Shown here: positions 40,227 to 50,200 of the stretch, one piece after another | Layout: every line of letters starts with the position of its first letter | How positions within the stretch are numbered: the stretch's first letter is position 1 | NCBI RefSeq assembly: GCF_032062105.1 | Contig: NW_026918705.1 | Span: 62,001-126,000 of the forward strand | Length of the DNA: 64,000 nucleotides | Origin: Saccostrea cucullata | Lineage: Eukaryota | Direction of reading: 5' to 3' | Position numbers and translations under genes: made by a program | The notes under the pieces: generated by a model | Told to the model about the DNA's origin: nothing | Databases searched by the model: none | Seen by the model: only the letters and a program-made list of their open reading frames with translations

Positions 40227-41289
40227 TATATGGGTGAAAAGCATTGCAGATCCAAAGCATAACTGAAAACAGTGTAGAATGAAAAATCATAATCATCTCA
40301 CCCCAAACAATCTGGGAAGTACTATTGTTTTTGTTCCATCTGTAATTTTATCTGCAGGAATTTTTCGCAGGAGGGTTAGACAAATTTTATATATGTTTAT
40401 AAAACAAAAAGTCTAGTTGTGCATGCATGAATTAAAATACCGGTATATAAATAAGGCAAGAAACCAGAGACAATGTGAATATACAGATACTTTTTTATCC
40501 ACAACTGTTCTATTGATTATGCGTGAATTATTCCTTGGATGAAGTCAAAGTCCCCCTCCCCCAAAAAGTTTACAAAAAAGAAAGACGAAATAAAAATTAA
40601 ATAAATTAATAAATAACTGAATAAATAAATTGATAAATAAAGAGTCGTTAGAAAATTCACCATTGATGCCATAGAAATCTACAAATAGAAAATAAAGTTA
40701 TTTGTTTTTCTTCCTCTAAAATTATTTCAAATTGCATAATTGAATGTTTAAAAAAAAATCAAAATGTCTTTCATTGCCATTGTATTCAAACTAGCAAAAT
40801 TTTGAAAATGAAAAATTTTGCAAAATTTGAAAAAAAATTCTTACTTCATGTACTTTCAGTTTGGATATAATACTCTATTGGGGTCAATTCAGAATGACAA
40901 ATGCTGTAACTTTCAGGAGAAAAGTTTGCAAGTTATATTTATATTTATAAATAGAATGAGTTTTGATGTATATACATGTATTTTGTGCTACATTCTGTCT
41001 TGCCGATTGGATTTAGCACCTAGAAGATGCCTTCCCAAGAAGGAGCTCGAGCTTAATAGTAAACTTAGATTTGTAAAAAATACATGTATATGTATTTACG
41101 TAATTGCCATTTATTGAAAATTATTATTAGGGAAAAATGTTATGAAATCTGACTGCGCACTTACCATGGTCCAATGATTCATTGATTTCATTAGAAGCAG
41201 GTTGTGTGAGACATTTTCAGAATTGTCGTGGAACTTCCAACACTGCGCCTTCCAAAGATGTAAAGGTCCATGAAAGCATCGCAAAGAAA

Positions 41290-44200
41290 ATGATGTCAAT
41301 GAGAAATTCCTGGACATTCACAGTGCTCCCAGTGCTGATATTTGTTGTAGTGTCAACCAATGGTGAGTGAAGTTAAGTTAATTTTTATTGGTAATTTTTA
41401 TGAGCAAGAAAGAAGTTAAATAAGAAAAAAGAAAAAAAGACCAAAAAAATCTTCTCTACAATGTGAAAGAAAAAAATAAAAACATAGGATTTGTACAGCA
41501 CATTGTTCTAGTTCCATCAAATAACATTGTATATACTCTCGATTAAGCAGGACTTGGATATGTATTTTTCTTTGGGGGATATTGTTGAAATGAACTCGAG
41601 CATAACATATATAAAAAATTGCTAAACCCCTTAAAACCCCTTAAAACACATACCTGTACGAGGGGGTATCAAAAAGTTCGTGGACTAGCGCCATAAGATA
41701 AAAACCGCTTGAGGTACATCAATGAATTTTAAATATTTAATTAGCATCATCTTTTCTATCTATAGAATAAACCACAAATCATAAATTTTATTTCTTTTAA
41801 TAAATTAGTAATGTTCCTGAAAGCAATGATAAGTTTTGCCCTGAAAAAAAAAACTGGAATAGACAAAGGAAATTTTAAACTGGCTACGGAGAAATTAAAT
41901 GCATCCAGAGTACTTGTTTTTTAATGTCAAAAGAGATTATTTTTAGACAGCAAAGCACCCCTTACAAACCAATGTTCTTTACCATTGGAAGACCACTAAC
42001 TATAATTTCGACAAATTGATACTTAATATCCTAATGACCTTATTGTCCTAACCTAATTAAAACATTACAAATAATTAATGTTTGGCGTACTTGTCATGGC
42101 CATTTATTCACAATTTTTTCAACAAAACAACAAAATATGCGCCGATCTTCAAATCGATATGGCAGCATATACACAAACAACCCAAAGCAGTAGAAACACC
42201 ACCTTGACCCAAGGGACCTGGAAAAAACAGTGCCCCATGGAGGTGGCATTCTCAGCAAAATTCTGCCATTAATATAGTTTTTATACCAACACAACACACA
42301 ATTCTTTAAAGTCACTGGCGCATAAATTCACTGCTCTATCTTGAGTCTTTGTTGATATGCATACGATCAGTCATCTTATGGTCCATGACGCTGAAAATAT
42401 AAATTTAAAACAGCAGAAATTTTGTTCTACACACATCAAAAACAGTAAAATACAAGCTCATCAATTTAAATACAATATTTTAACAACAATTCTATAAAAA
42501 AAAATCTTTTAAGGCCAAGCATTTCTGCAGAAGTTATAACATGGAGAGGGTGGGAGGGTTCTTCAGTTAAAATTTTTGGTACCAGCAGCTTTGTTGCTCA
42601 ACAGGAAAAGGAAGTTTACCTTGCGCATGCCCAGTTGTATAAATGTGACAAGTAAGAGTTGTCTATCTTTCTATAGTCTATAACTATGTGCTCAAAATAA
42701 CCTAGTTTATCCAGAGGAGATAAACTTTATTATTTTTAGACAGCAAAGCACCCCCTACAAACCATTGTTCTTTACCATTGGAAGACCAATAACTATAATT
42801 TCTACAAACTGATACTTAATATCCTAATGACCTTATTGTCCTAACCTAATTAAAACATTATAAATAATTAATGTTTGGCGTACTTGTCATGGCTATTTAT
42901 TCACAATTTTTTCAACAAAATAACAAAATATGCGCCGATCTTCAAATCGATATGGCAGCATATACACAAACAACCCAAAGCAGTAGAAACACCACCTTGA
43001 CCCAAGGGACCTGGAAAAAACAGTGCCCCATGGAGGTGGCATTCTCTGCAAAATTCTGCCAAATGAACCACAAAACATATTTTTTGTGGTCATCCGCCAA
43101 CAAATCTAGGCGGTCAATTTTGCATTCAATACAAATACATATTTATCAATTTAACACTCAACCAGTAGTCATATACAATTCAATTTTCAAATATGCAACT
43201 TCACAACTTCAAGGATTGGCCATGACAAGACTTAACAAGTACATGTGGGAGTAGTAGTAGGATAAAATCTGTCAGTGGTTGACAAAAACATCCCAAGAGC
43301 ATTTCTTAAAGAATTCACAAAAAGTCATCACCCAAGTCTGACAAGTGTACACCATCTTTGCAAAAAAGGGTTACATGTCTTTTTAAAATATCAGGATATT
43401 TAATGGAGGCCCCACACGTTTTCTTAACAACAAAAGTAGCAAGTGCAGAATTGATTCTTCTCCAATTTTCTCCATCATTGTTAGAAAGACATAAGGTCCA
43501 ATTACTTCGTGGTAAGATATGAGACCAAACAATAACTGTCTTTGGCATTAATTGTGAAATATTTACAATGGTAGATTTCATGTACATTTGTAAACCCTTC
43601 AACGTATTATGCGGATTACCAATATCATTGCCACCACAGTGTATTACTAGGATTGTTGGTGGGTTATTATTTTTTAATTCCTTTTGGATAGTTGGATAAA
43701 GCTGTGACCAAACCATACCCCTTATTCCATGCCAAATTATCCTATGTGATTCAAATCCCAGGTTGTTAAGCATTCTCTGTTGAGCATATTTCTGAGCCCA
43801 ATATATCAAAGATGATCCAATGATCCATATGCAATCTGAAAAAATTCTGAACAAAATAAATTTGCATTTAACTTATTAAACAATTGGCCTTATATATGAC
43901 TTGTAGGCAGCAGAACTCCATCTGCCAATGGTTTTGATTTCAGCTTCGCTCATACCATTTAAATACAGATGTGTGGCCCCACCAATTCTAAAAGAATGAG
44001 ATTTAAAAACCGATGTGTTTATATTCAAAAATGATAAACATTTATTGAGCATTGTAGAAAACTGATACTGAGTCAAAGGCTTGGAGTTGAAATGCACAAA
44101 AAATTTTGTAGTTGAAATTGTCTGACGCATTGCAAGAAATTTCTGCAGTATTGTAAACAAAATTAATGACTGGGCATTCCTTGGGACTTTAACTGCTGAA

Positions 44201-47200
44201 CCCCTGTGCATTTGATCAGTCTTGGAACTTTTAATCAGTAGACTAACATGGTCTTGTAATAACTGAACACTATCAGATTGAAGGTCTACTACTTCACTGA
44301 CTCTTAGCAATGCCAAAAATGCTACTGAATAGGCACATTGAAATAATGTTGCCTCGTATAAAGAATGTGCAACATATGGCAAGGTATTTATGATACGACC
44401 TAATAAGTGCAAGGTAATTGGCCTTCTAATATCACTAGACACAGTCAACTTTTTGTAACCAGTAAGCAGTTTTTTAATTAAAAATGACTCCACAGAATTT
44501 GGCCACCCATGAATGTTTATGAAAAAGCTCAGACCAGACAGATAACACTTGACGGTTGAAAAGGCGCATTTTTTCTCTGACATGTATGCAACAAAATTGA
44601 TGACATGGTCAACAGGTGGAGGCCACAATTGTGGAAAAGAGTTATCTACTCTAAATTTAATAAAGGTTTGAATGCCCTGCCTATAAACTTTGTTTGTATT
44701 GTCCGAAATGCTAGCATCTACCAGGTTCTCTACAGTTGATGAATAATTTGCCAAAATTGCATAGGAACTGGACAGGGATAAGGCCAAGCCCCAGGAGCCA
44801 GCTGATGGAACCTCGAAAACTGAAAACGAGAAAGAGCATCTGCCGTATCATTCTTAATACCTTGAATATGTTGACATTTGATCTGAATGTTATTCTGCAA
44901 TGAGTTGAGGACCAATGCTCTCAACAAAACCATAACTCTCTTATTTTTTGACGTTTTCATGTCATAATCCCTCCAACCATAAGACACAGGTGAACGCTCT
45001 GCACCTTTTCTAATTGTTGCCATATAACGAAATAAATTTATAGCTTGTGCAGAGTGCTTGGCGCAGTAAATTGAGGCAAAAATTGAAAAGGCATCAGTCC
45101 ATTGTGAAATAGACATAATTTTTTCATCTTTGTACTTAGGTTTAACCTGAATTAAACCATCAAGGTAAACAATATGATGCTGTATATCTGAAACTGGCTC
45201 TTCGATCAACAGTTTGCTCAGAGCGACATACTCGTTATTCCAAATTTTTTCTTTCAATGCTTGAGAGACATGAGCTCCAAGCATTGATGCTACGCTCTGG
45301 AAAGGTGTAGGCCTATCTATTCCAACCATGCAATTTATACCTGCTGTAGTGCTAGTTGTTGGCACAGACAACTGTTACTCCACTGTCTGTTGGGTGGGTA
45401 CAGTCTGCACAACAGGAGTTAGGATGTCTGCAGTCTCGTAGACAGGCTGTAGGGGTACTGATTGAACAAGCGATTCTTGGCTGACCATGTAAGTTCTTGT
45501 TGGCCCTGACATAGCTGCCTGGGAATAATGACTGGTGACTGATGACGGTATGATGGGGTCAATGGACGTCGACGCGACTGTGGATGCTTGGGTGGTCACC
45601 GTGGAGGCTACAATACTATGCGCCGCAGATGTCCTGGATACTGGGCGGGCATATGGGCTTTTGGCCTTCGATGCCCTGGTTTTATTGGCTCTCAACATGG
45701 TTTGACTTCCTCTTCGTGATGCCTTAGATGCAGGTAACTTTCTTCAGTTAAAATTTTTGGTACCAGCAGCTTTGTTGCTCAACAGGAAAAGGAAGTTTAC
45801 CTTGCGCATGCCCAGTTGTATAAATGTGACAAGTAAGAGTTGTCTATCTTTCTATAGTCAATAACTATGTGCTCAAAATAACCTAGTTTATCCAGATGAG
45901 ATAAACTTTATTAAGAGAGAAAAAGGGATGCACAGTTAATGATGTCGATTTGTAGTCAAGGTGTGAAAAATCTATTACGTCAAAAAATGACGTTGATCAT
46001 GTGTCGTAGATATTAAATTCCAAATATATCCAATATTCAAAATATGCTGGCACAATCAAGCGAGGATCTCTCCCTATGTTTTCATTCATTTGCAATATTA
46101 TATATATGCATTGAAATACGCCGTTCATGACATTGTCAAGTCATATAAAAAAGGCTGGTTTAAGTCCCCACTCAGCTCCAGGAAACCTCATCAAAATAAG
46201 TGTATAAGGCAGAAGAAACAATGACGTTGTTGGACGTTATAAAAGCAAACGGCGACGGCGCCAGGTGATCATATAATGCCGTTTTTATTTTATAATTATT
46301 TGGCAAATAATCAACGTATCAAGCTAAATTTTTAAACATTTCTTTATTTTTTGTTGTTTTATGTTTTTATACATATTGAGAGCTCAGGCAACATAGTACT
46401 AATTTTATCGCCTCAGTCCACGGACTCTTTGATAACCCCTCGTATATGGACAAAACTTTATAATATCCGTGTTTAAAATATTAATTTCATATGCCACTTG
46501 GATAAAATTATGTATGTGGAGAGGCATCTCTTGGTCAGTGCAGGGGCACCGTGTTTACGAATTCAGCTTGAATATGATAACTTTAAGGGACTCCGATCCT
46601 CAGCCAGGAAGGACAACTCTTTAATTTATAATTTAATTCAAAAAGTCTCAAAATGAACAAAATGCAACAATTTTCATTATATACCTCTGAATTTGCTTCA
46701 AGGTTCTTTGAAGTTCTCAGAAAGGTCTAATTAAAAGTCGAATTCTTTACCATGCAAAAGCATTTTAAAATTACATATATCAAGAAATTGATGTTCATTT
46801 TAATCTAACCATAGATACCAATGTTTATTAACATGATATGGAATTAGAAGTGATTATGAATCTTTGCAATGACAGGAGAATCTTTATACACTTTGCATCG
46901 AAATAAATAAAAGAAATTTAAGTACATTATATGTATAAAAATTGTGGAATTTCTTTAAAAGCCTGGATGCCTATAATTTTTATTTCTAAAATGTGTTAAT
47001 TGATCAAATTTGATTTGGAAAATGCATAGCAGATGTTTTTATTCGCAATTCCTGAAAATTTATTTGAGATTTACTAATTTTCTCTATATAATATGATTGA
47101 CTTGAAAGATGAAGTTTGAAGAATTGTTATGGGTAAAAACACGTTACTTTGAAAATTCAGAGACATTTTTGTGAGTATTTTCAATTAGTCAATGCTTGAT

Positions 47201-50200
47201 TTTCAGAACCTGAGGATCGGACTACCTTAAGAAAGTGCATACAAATTATAAAAAAAAAAATTATATGATAAATAGAAAAGATTTAAAGAGGTACATTTAG
47301 GTATTTAAGTTTGGCACAAGCAATGTATCGAAGAATTGAATATACTTTAATTTCAAAGCGTGACGTGAAATTTTGTTCAATTTAGATTGTAATTAAATGA
47401 GTTTTACATTTTTTCGTATAAATTAGACATAATACACATTTCAATAAATGTTACTAATGTTGTTTTACACGACAGCTAAATGGATAATTCGTATAAATAC
47501 CTAGGTGATGAAATTATGACACAATTGACAAAATGGCAGAATTTTGAACATCATAGAAAGTCTACAATTTTGTACATATATAATGTATTTGAGATCGAGA
47601 TCATAGCATCATTAAAAGTCAAAAATACGTTTTAAAATGGTTACCTACAGTGTATCGATGTATCGATTTTTTTTCTGAGTGAGAAGATCGATATCAAAGT
47701 GGTGATGATGGAGGTTGCAGATAAGTTTTAACCGAGCCCACTTTCGACGCGGAATACGAGTTGAAGCATTTTCATCTCACTTTTTTGCTCTTTTCCCATG
47801 AATTAAGCATGGAAGAATTCCTACCCGAAATTGATTTGTGGCATGGCTGCATCAATTTATTTTTAATATGGTAAAATCTCAGATTAAATCTGACACTAAC
47901 AATCAACAGAAAAAGTTCAGAACATAGGAAGAATGTTTTGATAAGGGTTTTCCATCATTTAAAATTTAATTAAATCTCCCATGCAGAGTTGTCGTTCGTT
48001 CCTGAATGCATGATCGAGCCGATGGGAGAGAGTGACCCAGAATGCCAATAATCGGGGGGGGGGGGGGTTCGCGACCGAATTCAAGAAGTAACCACTGAAT
48101 AAATCAAACAACACAGATCTTTTCTAAATCACCACCAGTTTACTACACAAATTGTACTTATTATTTTGCAAATTGAAAAACAAATTTAATGATTATTTAA
48201 AACAATTAAGGGATATTGAATTTAACCTAGTCTAAAAGAAATTGAACTTGTGAATTGAAATAAATTGCATGTATAGTTGTTTTAAGTCATGAAATATTAT
48301 TTTGATGGATTTATCTTTGATTTTAATTTTTCAGCTTTCCAAACAATACACATTTACGTTACATCCACTTTGTTTATTCTAGTGATGCTAATTAGTTTTA
48401 AAATGTAGCATTATCTTTTGCAATTTCTGGGAAGCGTGAAAAATGGCTTGTTTCTTTTCATTCATGCATTAATACCAGCGAGGTCTAGAAGAGGAAGATT
48501 CATTTTTTAAAGTTTATTTTTAAAATAATTTCCCCCAAGGCTTGGTGTTGGAACAGCCCAGTGTACTAGTATTCCATTTCCCCGGTTCGCCTCGGGCAGT
48601 AGAACACACACTGAGCTGTTCCCTGCACCTCGGAAAAAATATTCTGGTCCATTGTCTGCTCAGGCAAAAAATAATTGTCTGATTATCAATTATATTTCCT
48701 CACGATCGACGACGATCTTACTGTGGCCCGATAATATTTAATTGTGGCGAAACTACTGAAATTCAGCCCTTGTGATGATACAACTATTTCTTCGTTCATG
48801 TTTTTTGTAAAATTGTTTGATAATTAAATTTTAAAAAATTATTGTTATTTGATGAAAAAGAGCTAGACTGTAATTGTTTACGTTTTACAAAAGTGTATTT
48901 TTTCAAGTACATGAGTTCTGTAAACTTGTAATTACTCAGTTTGTAATAAGCTAATAATACGTACCCTTTTCCACATCGTGCCTTGTACTAGTTCTGGACC
49001 AGTATCAGCCCTCAGGCTGATATTGGTATCTCGGGCTGATTCCGGGTGCGATAAGGAAAAGGTTTTGTAATGTTTTCTCTATATATAAACTGTCTTCAAT
49101 ATTACACTGAGCACTCTTCTATTACAACTTTCCCAAATCAAGTTCCTTTAATAAAATTGAAAATTAATGATGCTCGTAAATTGTCAAAAATAAAACTGTT
49201 TTTACTTCAGGCAACATTATAGAGAATGTGACGATTAACTTAAATGAATCAAAAGTGTACGAAGTTCGAGAGAAGTTTGAAGTAAGGGTCACCGCAGATA
49301 TCAACACCACCAATATGAATCATAATGCTAAAGTAAACATATATAACAGTCACGGTCCAGATTGCTCTACCTATGTGAAGATTTCGAATCTGAAAAGTCT
49401 CAACACGACATCAGTATGCGAAACGTACTGCTATACGCAAGGCAACCACACCCTGAATGTATATGTACATTATGGCGGATATAGTTACAGAACAAGTGAA
49501 ATTCTCTATACTTGGAACAGAATGAACGAAGAAATTGTTGTTAAAAGTATAGCAGCTGTGGATGAATGGATATATTTCTACTTCAAGTCAATTTGGTTTA
49601 ATTTTCATTTCATTCTCGATTTTGGAGACGAGACAAACTACAAGCATGAGTCAGGAACATACTGGAAGTCGTTTTCCTACTACTTTTCCTCATTAAGACT
49701 TGGACACTCATACTCATCTCCTGGAATTTACAACGTTACATGGACAATCTGGAATACAATGTATACCGAAGTTCGGTATAAAGTCATAAGGGTTGAATAT
49801 CCAATTCCTAGTGGAAGTCTATCCATATACCCATTGACCGAGTATATACCAATACCTGATGGGAAATCTGAACTGACTCTACATTATTCATCAGAAAAAC
49901 CCAACCCCACAAACGTTAGGTGCATTTTTCAATATGGCGAAGGGGAGGAGACACAATCAGTTAGTCTTACTAATGGCATATCAATCTGGAAGGTTTACTT
50001 TTATAAGTCGGCGGGACAAAAGAATGTTAATTTCACCTGCACAAATGACCTAACTTCTCAAAGTGTCTATGCAACTATGTATGTGGAATCATTCAGTCTA
50101 TCCGAATTTGACTTTGAATATCAAACTCCAGTACCCATGAGCATGACATTAGAACGGGTTGAGCCCACTGAGGAGTACCGTTATTATTACCGATCCGTTT

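Larger units (their letters stand above)
41936..45913 (-). mobile_element. Ngaro/DIRS-type tyrosine-recombinase retroelement, RT-deleted, with split direct repeats
   Basis: Minus-strand order: A1 (45913-45740), gag, RNase-H C-terminus, YR, SGNH, B1 (43061-42729), A2 (42732-42559), 290-bp spacer, B2 (42268-41936). ATTA at all three junctions. Confidence 0.92.
41659..46442. mobile_element. Mariner-type MITE (~810 bp) interrupted by the YR element
   Basis: TA|CGAGGGGGTATCAAAAAGTTCGTGGACT ... AGTCCACGGACTCTTTGATAACCCCTCG|TA: 28-bp TIR (25/28 match), TA TSD. Confidence 0.85.

Noticed and set aside
42078-43254. Duplicated + strand ORFs MFGVLVMAIYSQ...
   Set aside because: They are chance frames in the B1/B2 repeats, with no recognisable domain.
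43876-44787. Phage integrase from a prophage or bacterial contamination
   Set aside because: HSFRIGGAT/GRWSS-type YR next to gag, RNase H and split direct repeats marks a DIRS/Ngaro element, and it sits in a spliced animal gene.
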